Assembly: GCF_006345805.1 (NCBI RefSeq) | Contig: NC_043005.1 | Location: 7,192,001 to 7,256,000 of the forward strand | Length of the DNA stretch: 64,000 nucleotides | Direction of reading: 5' to 3' | From: Octopus sinensis | Taxonomy: Eukaryota | In this document: in pieces, positions 39,146-51,667 of the stretch | Layout of the letters: each line of letters begins with the position of its first letter | Position numbering within the stretch: position 1 is the first letter of the stretch | Translations under genes and position numbers: made by a program | The notes under the pieces: generated by a model | What the model was told of the DNA's origin: nothing | Seen by the model: only the letters and a program-made list of their open reading frames with translations | The model's database searches: none

Positions 39146-40104
39146 GCAATGAAACAAAGGTAGATCTTAGTCTCAAAATCTGAGAGACTTATTACACCTA
39201 CTCTATACAGCATCACTTTGAACAACAGTTTTTCTTTCTTTCTTCACATCATGTTTTAAAAACGTTCAATTTTTGGCATTTGCCCTTTGTATGTCTTATA
39301 CATAGAATGCTATTTAAATTGTTATATGTTGCATTGCTGGAACCAGAAATTCAAACTATAATTCTCAAAAGACAATACTATTAATGTTGATGTATTGCTT
39401 ATCTCTCATATCTATATATAACAAGTGGCCGGAAACATAGTGGGTGGTTTACATCGATTAGGGACTGTGAAATGCGGACAGGAAATAGAAAATTTTGCTC
39501 AAGAGGAATATACATGTCAAAGATAAAAGTTATAAATAAATAGTACTAAATATGATACTAATTACCACATTAATTGATAATAGTAACAACATTACTAGTA
39601 ATTATTAGCTTACCACTTATTTGAAACCCTTTGTTCTAGTTCTGGAAATGAGAGGTAATAAGAAATTATGATTTATTCATAAGATTTCATATTTCACCAA
39701 ATGTATTTCATGTAAAAATGAATTAGTAAATCTATGTAGTAACTAAGAGAGAGATGGGAGTAGGGGAGAAGTGGAGTGAAGGAGACGGAAGTGTGGAGAG
39801 AAATGATGATAAACATGTACAACTGTTCAGATGTTTTTTTCCAAACAGGTTTTAATGGAAAGTATTGCTTCAACTGTAAAAGTTAAAGAGAAATAAGACA
39901 CATGAAAGAGATGGGTATAAGCGACAGGAGAGTATGTATACTGAAGTTAAAAGTTGTAGATGATTAAGATGTACTTATAAACAAGAGTGTAACAAGCATT
40001 ATGAGTACAATTAGAAAATGTACTTTTGCCACAGTGGTTAATATCAGATAATGTTACATAGGTACAATAGTTATAATTTTTCTTTTCAAATTTCTTAGAG
40101 CTGC

Positions 40105-40456
40105 TTTGTTTAACAACCACATGGTCACGGGTTCAGTCCCACTGCATGGCACCTTGGGCAAGTGTCTTCTACTATAGCCTCGGGCCGACCAAAGCCTTGT
40201 GAGTGGATTTGGTAGACGGAAACTGAAAGAAGCCTGTCGTATATATGTATATATATATGTGTGTGTGTGTTTGTCCCCCTAGCATTGCTTGACAACCGAT
40301 GCTGGTGTATTTATGTCCCCGTTACTTTGCGGTTCGGCAAAAGAGATCGATAGAATAAGTACTGGGCTTACAAAGAATAAGTCCCGGGGTCGAGTTGCTC
40401 GATTAAAGGCGGTGCTCCAGCATGGCCGCAGTCAAATGACTGAAACAAGTAAAAGA
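40105..40456 (+). mobile_element. SINE family A
   Basis: Near-identical to 192-595, lacking the first ~25 nt. Confidence 0.9.
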
Positions 40457-41124
40457 GATATACTAATTTTCAAAATAAAAAAAAATATTTACTTCATTGA
40501 AATAGAATTCAAACAAATATCATATCTGTATATTTGTAATGAATATCTGCTATCAATTAATCCAGGCACTACCACCAGTGGCAAAACTATATTCCCAACA
40601 ATACCTGTCATATGACAGGTAACACTTTAGTTCGTATATAGTAACCAAGGGAGATAAGTTCAATACGAGCAGAATTATCTCCCTTCCAAGTGCACACAGA
40701 AAAGTGGTGATATACTACGAATTATATCAAAAGATATTTCGTCTTCCAAAAGGTTCTTTTGGCTGTTTGTTATTTTTTTGCTATATTTTAGGGAATTCAT
40801 CTTTATTGTTTATCATAAAAGAAAATGATACCCTGAGATTTACTTTAGATCGTAATTTAATCTCATAAATATATCAGAAAATGTATTCAGATTATCTCTC
40901 TGATGTTTACCATCAATGATATTAAATTGTGTATTGCCATATCCACTTCTGAAATTTGAACTTTTATTATTCAGTTGGCATTCCAGCCACGACCATCCTT
41001 TCTAACTTTCAGACATTATATTCAAGACATTGCTATTTTTCTATTATGTTTCTTTCTTCTAGATTAATGGAATGAGTGAACAGTGTGTTGATAGGATTAT
41101 ACTCTACAATACACACACACACAC

Positions 41125-41164
<40 letters not shown>

Positions 41165-41252
41165 GTGTGTGTGTATGTGTGCACACGCGCAACATCCATG
41201 TCCCATGCTAACATGGGTTGGGACATGGACATTAAATGATAATGATGGTTTA

Positions 41253-41303
<51 letters not shown>

Positions 41304-41306
<3 letters not shown>

Positions 41307-41625
41307 AGGGCGCGTGGCTTAGTGGTTAGGGCATTCGGCTCATGATCGTAAGGTTGTGAGTTCGATTCCCAGCGACGCGTTGTGTCCTTGAGCAAGACAC
41401 TTTATTTCACGTTGCTCCAGTCCACTCAGCTGGCAAAAATGAGTTGTACTTGTATTTCAAAGGTTCAGCCTTGTCACTCTCTGTGTCACGCTGATTATCC
41501 CCGAGAACTACGTTAAGGGTACACGTGTCTGTGGAATGCTCAGCCATTTGCACGTTAATTTCACGAGCAAGCTGTTCCGTTGATCGTATCAGCTGGGACC
41601 CTCGTCGTCGTAACCGGCGGAGTCT
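41304..41625 (+). mobile_element. tRNA-derived SINE, head H2 + tail T1
   Basis: A box tggcttagtgg, B box gttcgattccc, CORE-like gtgtccttgagcaagacacttt; tail from 41445 matches the tail of 10959-11343. Confidence 0.88.
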
Positions 41626-42190
41626 TTTAAATATATATATATATATATATATATCATGAATATATTATATGTCTATGTGGTAAAAAAATTTGCTTCCCAA
41701 CCACATAGTTCTGGGTTTCATCCCTCTATGTGGCACCTTGGCTAAAGCCTTATAAATAGAAACTGTAAGGAGCCAATCATATATATGTGTGTTTGTGTTA
41801 CTCTTTCCTTGCGCCCACATTAAGTGACAGTAGGAAACAAGTGAAAATTAGTGGCTGGAAAGGCATCTGACTATAGAAAAATGTAACTCATCAAAAGTTA
41901 CCACTACCCCATGCAGGCATAAAAAAGTGGATATTAAAATCGTGCTGATACGTTTATATATATATATATATATATTATAAATATCAGGGATGCTTAACCC
42001 CATACAGAAACTGCAGGAGCTATTCAGAGGTTTTTCAAGCTCTTCTAAATCCATTGCAATACTGGAAATCCTTCCCTATTGTCAGTGGGTAATATCGTAG
42101 TGACAAGTTTTTTGCCCTCAGCCTGTACACTTCACCTGAATGGGGCAGCAAAGACTGAGTTAGTCTTCACCTATGAAAGGGTTTTACCTG

Positions 42191-43685
42191 CAGTCTCTTT
42201 TCAACCATAACCATCTTGGGCTAGTTTCAGCAGCTATGCCTATTTCCTTGATGGCTTTTGTATTCCTCAAGAGCAGGACTATACCTTATCAGAGTGATGT
42301 TACCATTATCACCTCCTAGAAGATACATATACCTATATATATATATATATGTGTGTGTGTATATACACACACATGTGTGTGTGTGTGTATATACATGTGG
42401 TTGGTTAGCAAGCTACTTACCACACAGCCACTCCTGCGCAGCCAATAACTATTTTTATACAACTTGAAGAATTCTAATGCTAAATTGATGTAAACGTTTC
42501 AAATTTACCGGCAAAATTAGTTTAAGACCGTATCATTATAATTTTATTTAAAGCTTAAGAGTGTAGCAAAAATGAGCAACAAGAATGAAATACATGTTAG
42601 TACTTTGTATTATAGCCTTTATTCTTAAATAAAGTGCAGATGAATATGAGATTTTTAATAGTGATGAGTTGTCAGTTTATAGAATCTTAAGTTGTGGTGT
42701 ACAAGCAAGTTTTTAAGTCCTAGATAGTCTCTTCCAATCTCGACTTATCCGACTTTTTCACTTTCCCAATTTGGACTAGGTGAGTTAATATTGTTTGCTT
42801 GCTAACATCAAACAACAAACATAATCTCTTCCAATCTCGAGTTCAACTTATTCATCAAGAAGAAAATGCAATCTTGACCACAGTGTGATCACCCAGTGGA
42901 ACAGTACACCTAATATTCATTGTATACTACATACCAATAAATCAAAGAGCCTGCCACAAATATTTCCAGCAAAATATGTTGTGTTTGGTGAACATATCTA
43001 ATATATCAGCACAGAAATTTATTCAAAATAATGTAATCGTGATTCAAATTTATTATTATTTTAACTCCACCGCACATCATGTTTCCAACAGCTGATAGAT
43101 ACATTGTACTGATCTACTGAGAACTATAAACACTCACTACAAGTGTATCCAAGTGGTCGGTCAGTCAATTACAACATGCATGTTATCTGCACAATTTCAA
43201 TAGATTGTGAATTCAATTAAACTTATATTTAATTAGTGTAACAAAAAATAACAGCCATATTTTCCTTACCATTTAGTTAATGTGCAAAACATGCCTGTTA
43301 CATATGTAGTTGAGGTAATTTGGATGACAAAGATTACTGGTGTGTATAGCATATACTACAGTAGTAATGAAAGTTTGATACATAATGGCAGTTTATTGAA
43401 TATACATGCATTGTCATTACAGCTGTACTGATAAGATACTTCAATGTTTAATATAAAGGTTACTTGAAAGTTAGTTTGTTAACAATTAAGACTATAATTC
43501 TGAACTAGTGTAATTTGAAAACATTAACTCAGTCTCTTTTCAACCATAACCATCTTGGGCTAGTTTCAGCAGCCATTCCTATTTCCTTGATGGCTTTTGT
43601 ATTCCTCAAGAGCAGGAATATACCTTATCAGAGTGATGTTACCATTATCACCTCCTAGAAGATACATATACCTATATATATATAT
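42191..43685. repeat. ~155-bp direct repeat pair (42191-42350, 43530-43685)
   Basis: cagtctcttttcaaccataaccatcttgggctag...cctcctagaagatacatatacc present twice with only a few differences. Confidence 0.9.
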
Positions 43686-44849
43686 GTGTGTGTGTGTGTG
43701 TATGTATATACTATTCTACTTTGCATAAAACTTTAGCTATATTAGTGCTTCTGGCTCTCAGTTTTTGTATTCTAGTGTGTCAATATTTCAACAAAATATG
43801 TTCCATGTTTTTTCCAGGCTATGCTATTAGGCTAATTAATAATGTGTCATTTAGCGGTGTCGTTGCTAATTTTTTCCTTTCGTCAATGATGCCAGTGACA
43901 TCTGTTAAAAGTCCCCTTATAGAACTATATTCATAAAAAAGCATAGAACTATATTATCACCCTTAGATCTGAGAAACAAACACTCATAATTTTTTTCTTT
44001 TATAACTTCATTGCATGAGATTGATACCATGAAATTCCTTGAATTGAGCTCTATCATTTAAGCTTAATTAAAATATAGTTTTTAAAATAAAAAAGTTAAT
44101 TATACTTAAATCAAATTTTTTGCTTTACTTATATTTTTGTCATATTTTACCTCACAACTTTTTTTATACAAATTTTTGTTGCATGGGACCAAAACTATGA
44201 AATTCTTTACGCTTTCTTCTATCATTGAAGCTAAGATAAATATATTTTGTTTTTAAAATAAATACGTTATTTAGATCTAAACTTGCTTGGTGGAATTGCT
44301 TACTCTCCTATGATGTTGCTACAAATTTTGATGTAAACTTTTTCCTACTGGATCAAATCTCAATTTTTTTATGTCAAAATGTAGCTAGGGACCAGTCCTC
44401 TTCAAAGATGTTAAGTTTTCAATTTGGTCGAGAACTGAATTAGCACAAGTTCTGAAAGATGCTGCGTGTGAGTAAATTGCAGCCTTAAGAATATTATTCA
44501 ACTACCACCATAGTTGAATGATACTCCACTATTTTATTCCTACCTGGTTTTTTTCAGTCTTTTAAATCAGCAATAGTGTCATTACATTCTATATTTCCTT
44601 ACCCCCAGCATCTTTTTGTTCCAGAACATCAATTTTCTTGTTAGTTCAGTGTTCACATTCTTCATTCACTAAAGCTGTATCTTCCTTACTTCTGCCAAGT
44701 CCTCTAATCACAATTTCCTTATCAGATTCATTTTTGTTTGTATGCATTTTTAGAATATCTAATTAAATCTTAACATCCTGTTGAAAATTTTCCAAGTCAA
44801 AAACTTAGTTACAGAGCTCTAGAAAATCATCAGCATTGAAGGCTCCAGT

Positions 44850-46100
44850 TGGGGAGGCTTTTTCCTTTGAAGTTTTCCAGCCTTGTTCCTCTTTCATGCT
44901 TGGAAAAACTGGGGGTTAGGGTTTCACATGTATCACAGTGTTTAGAATATTGCAATTTATAATCTCTGATAACAGTATTAACAGGTAATTTAACTTTTTA
45001 CTAGACTTTACTGCTACATCATTAGCAAAGCAGAAATTCCTGTCTGGTTTACCAATCTTAACCAAACTTTTACTGCTATCATTCAGTATACTTAGAAACA
45101 CTTCAACTACACATTTCCGGCAATTGTACAAGTACATAAGAGTCTGATATTGCCATACAAAATGTGCCTTTCTCAAGGGTAGACATCTTTTTGTCAGCAT
45201 CATTAATCAGTTTTAAACAATGTTTGGTAAAGTGCTTCAACTATGCATATAACTGTATGCATCTCATCGGACTCGACTACAGTATTAAAATATTTTATAT
45301 GATAGTCTCAAGCAAAATGCTTTGTAGACTTAGTGAGACATCACATGATCTTTCCTTCAGTGTCTGTGGAAGTTGACATGCCACCACCACATTTAAATTG
45401 ATAATTCCTTCAATAATCTGTTTATTTCTTCTTTCTCTACCAGACAGACTTGTAGGAGTTAGGTTTACCAGTCTCTTGTGCAAATTACACAGCTTGTATG
45501 ACACTTCCATTTTCACTAAATATCTTTGAATATCTTCCTAACCGTATTTTTTATAGCTTCATATGTTACACTGCTACAAGAGGCACATACTAACTTTTCA
45601 TTTTCTTCAGAAATGTTAACATATAAAAATCTTGAGTGGCATCAGGTAAAATACTCCCAAAATCTAATAACTTTTGATAGAAATTCAAAATGAACACGGA
45701 TGTTATTGATACTGGTGCTTGAAGGTCTTCTGTATGAACAGAATTCTTTATAAGTCATATAATCCTTCATATTTCCATCATGATAGTATATTTTATCAAG
45801 TTTATCTGGTATACTTTGGAGGCTAGTGACATTACCAATGTCTGTATGTACTAGGTCACAGATACATTCAGATATGTTAGGATGTAATAGTAAGAACACA
45901 GCAGAACCTTGCTTCATTTTTGGCAGATTTGTGTAAGAGCTAAAATATCTTAACCTTTTGACCATTCCAAATACAATTATTCCTTGTAAGATAGTCGGCA
46001 GTTGCTTCCCAAATTGTACCATAGCCAACTATTCAAGGAAAAACATCTTTCTCTTTGTACTTGGATGAAAGCAATTGCTACAATGGTGTAAATCTTTTAG
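44850..46100 (-). mobile_element. Decayed LTR retrotransposon gag-protease (Copia-type)
   Basis: TNLPKMKQGSAVFLLL...DKLDKIY...YKEFCSYRR gag-like segment, eroded zinc knuckle (TEGKIM*CLTKSTKHFA*D), and MAISDS/CTCTIAG aspartic-protease-like motif in order on the minus strand; no LTRs identified. Confidence 0.6.
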
Positions 46101-46829
46101 TCATTATTGTAAATACTTGTGTGTAAAGAAATGGGATATAAATCATATCTTGGCACCTCTCATTCATATCTCTTTTTCTCTTATTTCGTTTCTGTAAGGT
46201 TTGTTGGGATGACCAGCCACTATTAGCCCAATTGACCATTTTATTATAACTTCTATTCTAGAAATTTATACACTTCAAACTCAACTGCCTCTTATGAGCT
46301 TTCCTCCCTACTATCATACAAAAGCATTATTGGGATATGTATGCCACAGTGAAAGGAATCAACTTAAAGTGTAATAACTCTGCATGAAATCTTGTACAGA
46401 GGAAAAATGGATTCTGACTTAGCTCTTCTGTAACCCTTGTGCATGGGCAAGACAAGGACTTCATAGGTTGCAGTGAAGGCAACCTATCTAGGAGAGCAGG
46501 AACCCTGAATAAAAGTGTAAAAGCAAAACTTCAACTTCGAATTTCTCATGAATGTGAAACACAAGTATAAATTCTTCTATGTAGGTAATGGTACTGGGTT
46601 GTATGGAATAGGAATGCTGATAACAAAGTAATGGATAGATAAAATAACTGAGGTACTCAGAAAATAGTTAAGCTTAACTATATGACAACAACAGTGAATT
46701 GTGCAGACACACTGTTTCAGGCCAGGCAGACACACTGTTTCTTTGAAGTTTTCTTTCAGATTACATTGGTAATAGATGAGAATGACTTCATTACAACTGG
46801 TAACTTTAACGGATTTATTGGGAAACATT

Positions 46830-48010
46830 GATGGCTGCTCTAGTTATATATGGAGGTTATGGTATTGGTACAAAGAATGAAAAAGGATCAAAGCTGTTTG
46901 AGTTCTGTGATATAGATGACCAAATCATTAGCAACACTAACTTCAGGAAGCCAGCCTGTTACTTGATAACCTACCAATCAGGCAAACACGCAAGCCAGAT
47001 AGCCTTAATACCTATCAGAAAATAGAGTAGGCAACTGGTTGTGAATTGTAAGTCTTTCTATTTTCTTTGTGAAGAATGTATCATCCAACATAGATTAGGA
47101 GGTCAGCAAACTCAGTATAGCAACTACACAGATTGAATAACACATGACAATCTGAAAAAGGAAGGTTTGGAAACAAAAATATCTTGACCAAATGTTGATT
47201 CAAACAATATTTTCTGCTGTGTATGAGGAGGATATTAAAGTAGAGATTTATAATTTAGAGAAGAACTAGTTTTTAGGAGACATGAGGATAGAATAAGGTT
47301 CTAGCTACAGAGAAGGTTCCATAGTGGCAGAATGGTGTCAATAAAACCACAAATGCTAAAAGACAGGCTTGGGAAGATTGAAAAAGAGAAGCAAAAACAA
47401 TATCAGATACTTAGAAAAGAAGCTAGACATTAGGGATTCTTACCAAGAAGAGAAGCTGAAAGTAAGAGTTTTACTAGTGTTCTATGTCAAAGAGATCAGA
47501 AATGTGAGGTGTTTCAGATTGCAAAGCAGTGATACAAATGTCACTCAAGATGTTAGGGGAAATGTGTGAGGAATGGTAGCAGTGAGCTTGTATCTCTCAG
47601 TGAATGACAAAATGGAGGAGGTATGGATATGTTACTACAAGAATTTATTGAATGAGGAAAATATTTAGGAGAGAGAAGATCCTCTCAAAACAAGCTCAAC
47701 TGGTGTACCAGTTGACAGCTGTATGTTTGAAAGTGCAATTAAAGAATATGGAAGCTGTAAATGAAGCTACACCTGCACAAATAGTTACTAAGGTGCTGAA
47801 AAAAATTCATGCAAATTGGAGACACATTAGCCAGTCATTGCCAATCATATGGTATAGGGAGATGGGACAGCCAGTGGTTGGCATAGAAGTTTTATCATCC
47901 ACGTCGAGGGTGAAGGTGATGTTTTAGCAATTAGTATCTTCAGAGGCATCAAATTGCTGGACAAAGCTATGAGTTTGATTGCAAAGAGAATTAAACAAGA
48001 TGCATAAAAT
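46830..48010 (+). mobile_element. Decayed RTE LINE (endonuclease to start of RT)
   Basis: GGYGIGTKNEKGSKLFEFC...IISNTNFRKPACYLITYQSG and FRGIKLLDKAM. Confidence 0.8.
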
Positions 48011-48076
48011 GGTGGTGATGATCAAAATAGAGGAGAAAATGTTTTCTCTTTGGGTTTCTATAAAAAGAAATTCATA

Positions 48077-48402
48077 GGCACAGGAGTGGCTGTGTGGTAA
48101 GTAGCTTGTTTACCAACCACATGGTTCCGTGTTCATTCCCACTGCATGGTGCCTTGGGCAAGTGTCTTCTGTCATATATATATGTATGTGTGTGTTTGTG
48201 TCTGTGTTTGTTCCCCTAACATTGCTTGACAACCGATGGTAGTGGGTTTGCATCCCCATAACTTAGCGGTTCGGCAAAAGAGACCGATAAAATAAGTACT
48301 AGGCTTACAAAGAATAAGTCCTGGGGTCGATTTGCTCGACTAAAGGCGGTGCTCCAGCATGGCCGCAGTCAAATGATTAAAACATGTAAAAGAGTAAAAG
48401 AG
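48077..48402 (+). mobile_element. SINE family A with internal deletion
   Basis: Head and tail intact; ~70 bp after gtgtcttct missing. Confidence 0.9.
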
Positions 48403-49436
48403 CTACTGATTACAATTATTTCTAAATTGGTGAACATTTTTAAGATAAAATTTTAAAGTTAAAAGATAATCAAGAGCAATAAGCATTTTGATTTACCTAA
48501 AACAAAGATGCTTGTTTACTTATAGTTCTCCATAAAATGCAATGGTGACCATCTCTATTACTGCTTTGGTTGTTATACTTCACAAACCTCATGAGATATT
48601 AATATTTAGTTGGAAAGACCGGGTATACTTTGTGTGCATGCTTCTTTACTTGCTTCTCATAGGACCATTGAGGGCTTTTCTTCCAGATCTTAAAAACGCC
48701 CATTCTGGTAGGGAGATTACTAGATGGAATGATGGGGAGTGATCTGCTCTTGAACTTCTATGGTCTTCCAGACAGGGGTTGGCCATGGTGTAGCTAGTTG
48801 TAGAGTAAGTTATGGAATTCAGGCATGTACATGATATGTCTGAGCCACTTCAATTGATTCCTCTATCATTTGGTTTGAATGCTTTTGATGTTAGTTTAAA
48901 AGAGGATTTCTGTATGTATGGTTCTATCTAAGTAACTGAAAGAATCTTGTGGAGACTGGATGTTATGTAGGCTGCAAAGTTAATAAGAACCATGGCCGGG
49001 AGGTAGAGATAATTGTTTAGAAAGACTATATTTTGGACCCACCAAGGGCAACAAACACCCTCTCTGAGGTTTAAAATTTCCTCATTCAGTGTGCTGTCTC
49101 ATTATCATAATTTCTTAACATTCATGTTCCATGCTGGTATGGCTTAGATGGTTTGACAGGATCTGATGACGTAAGGACTGGATTGTTCACCAGTATTTAC
49201 TTTGGCATGGTTTCTGCTGCTAGCTGTTCTTCCTTATACCAACTATTTTGCAGTGTGTACTGAGTGCATTTTTCCTGCTACCTGCTCTTGCTGATTGGTG
49301 CTGGGTTGGCTTGTCTTGCCAACAGCTGTTACCCTGTACATCTGATGTGCAGATCTTTGACTAAAAATTTGTTGTACATCCAGACCTGTTTCTGTTGCTG
49401 GACTTTGACTCCCAGATCCATATTGCAGATTTATTT

Positions 49437-49832
49437 GCGCAGGAGTGGCTGTGTGGTAAGTAGCTTGCTTACCAACAACATGGTTCCAGGTTCAGTCCCA
49501 CTGCGTGGCATTTTGGGCAAGTGTCTTCTGCTATAGCCCCGGGCCGACCAATGCCTTGTGAGTGGATTTGGTAGACGGAAACTGAAAAGAAGTCCGTCGT
49601 ATATATGTATATATATATGTGTGTGGGTCTGTGTTTGTCCCCCCAGCATTGCTTGACAACCGATGCTGGTGTGTTTGTGTCCCCGATACTTAGCGGTTCG
49701 GCAAAAGAGACCAATAGAATAAGTACTGGGCTTACAAAAAGAATAAGTCCCAGGGTCGAGTTGCTCGATTAAAGGCGGTGCTCCAGCATGGCCGCAGTCA
49801 AATGACTGAAGCAAGTAAAAGAGTAAAAGAGT
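49437..49832 (+). mobile_element. SINE family A, full length
   Basis: Near-identical to 192-595; inserted in one copy of a duplicated segment. Confidence 0.92.
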
Positions 49833-50568
49833 AATGAATATTTATGGTGGCATTTGGTTACACATTTCCCAATATCACTGTCCCTATTGTGAAGAAGATA
49901 TCTCTGTTAGCAAGGAGGACTCAAGGTAACCTAAGGGAGCAGCTTTATACTATAAGATGAAGTATAAAAGTGTGAAAGAAGGGACCAGAACAGAATAAGT
50001 TTTAGAATGCATTTTAGAAGAGAAGGTGGAGTGACTGGGTGGAGCTAGTAGACAAGAAAAGTAATAGTGATGAAGTGTGAATTTTACCTTCAAGAGATAA
50101 GGTGGGTAGAAATGAGAAGGGAGACAGAGCAATGTGTGGATGGATGTTGCATGAGAGTTGGGGTTGAATGAAGGGGGAGTAGGAGATGATTGATTGTGTG
50201 GAGCAGCAGAATAGTAATGATGATAGTGTAAGCAAGAGGAGAACAAGAGAGGGAGATGACATGGTATTGAGTAGGTAGCAGGAGTGAGTGGAAAAGAGAG
50301 GCAGGTGTAGTGCATGGGGAGGGGGGAATATAATTTGGTGGCTCAATGGGGTTGGGTTGGCTCAGTGTCTCCTTGTCTGAATTGGGAGGGTAGTGTCAGT
50401 TGTTGTTGTTGTTGTACTGAAAAAAGCCTAGTACAGTATGCTGCTGATAGATATGACCTCTGGTTTTCTGGGCAGTAACTGACAAGTCCATTCTTTTATA
50501 AGCTGTAACAGCTGCTGAGATGATGGCTTGCAGAATTAGTTACAAAGTGGGAGCTAGGAGACTTACCC

Positions 50569-50963
50569 TTACTCTTTTCTCTTTTACCTGTTTCAGTCAT
50601 TTGACTGCGGCCATGCTGGAGCACCGCCTTTAATCGAGCAACTCAACCCTGGGACTTATTCTTTTGTAAGCCCAGTACTTATTCTATCGGTCTCTTTTGC
50701 CGAACCGCTAAGTAACGGGGACATAAACACACCACCATCGGTTGTCAAGCAATGCGAGGGGGACAAACACAGACACACAAACATACACACATATATACAT
50801 ATATACGACAGGCTTCTTTTCAGTTTCTGTCTACCAAATCCACTCAGAAGGCTTTGGTCGGCCCGAGGCTATAGTAGAAGACACTCGCCCAAGGTGCCAC
50901 GCAGTGGAACTGAACCCGGTACCATGTGGCTGGTAAACAAGCTACTTACCACACAGCCACTCC
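50569..50963 (-). mobile_element. SINE family A, near full length
   Basis: Reverse complement of family A. Confidence 0.92.
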
Positions 50964-51262
50964 ACTTGTTCATTACTATACTTTAGTTTGGGTCTGAGCT
51001 TAGTGATGGCCTAATTTTGAAAATATATTAATTTAGTTTTAAGTTAACAGTGACTTTTTCATCCCTTTTCAGTTCATAGTCTTTCCAAAGATTATTTCAG
51101 CCCTATTGCAACAACATGAGATATCATCATTATGGAAAGATCATTTTATAAAATTCCTTCATGATTACTCAGTCCACTGATGTGAGCTGGTTTAACATTC
51201 AGGTGATGCATTCTATCACTCTATTATCGTAGACTGGTCTTTCAGTAAAAATGTACTGTCTA

Positions 51263-51667
51263 GGCGCAGAAGTGGCTGTGTGGTAAGTAGCTTGCTAAAC
51301 AACCACATGGTTCCGGGTTCAGTCCCACTGCGTGGCATCTTGGGCAAGTGTCTTCTGCTATAGCCCCGGGCCGACCAATGCCTTGTGAGTGGATTTGGTA
51401 GATGGAAACTGAAAGAAGCCTGTCGTATATATGTATATATATATATGAGTGTGTGTGTATATCTTTGTGTGTCTGTGTTTGTCCCCCTAGCATTGCTTGA
51501 CAACTGATGCTGGTGTGTTTACATCCCCGTCACTTAGCGGTTAGGCAAAAGAGACCGATAGAATAAGTACTGGGCTTACAAAGAATAAGTCCCGGGGTCG
51601 ATTTGCTCGACTAAAGGCGGTGCTCCAGCATGGCCGCAGTCAAATGACTGAAACAAGTAAAAGAGTA
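51263..51667 (+). mobile_element. SINE family A, full length
   Basis: Near-identical to 192-595. Confidence 0.92.
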
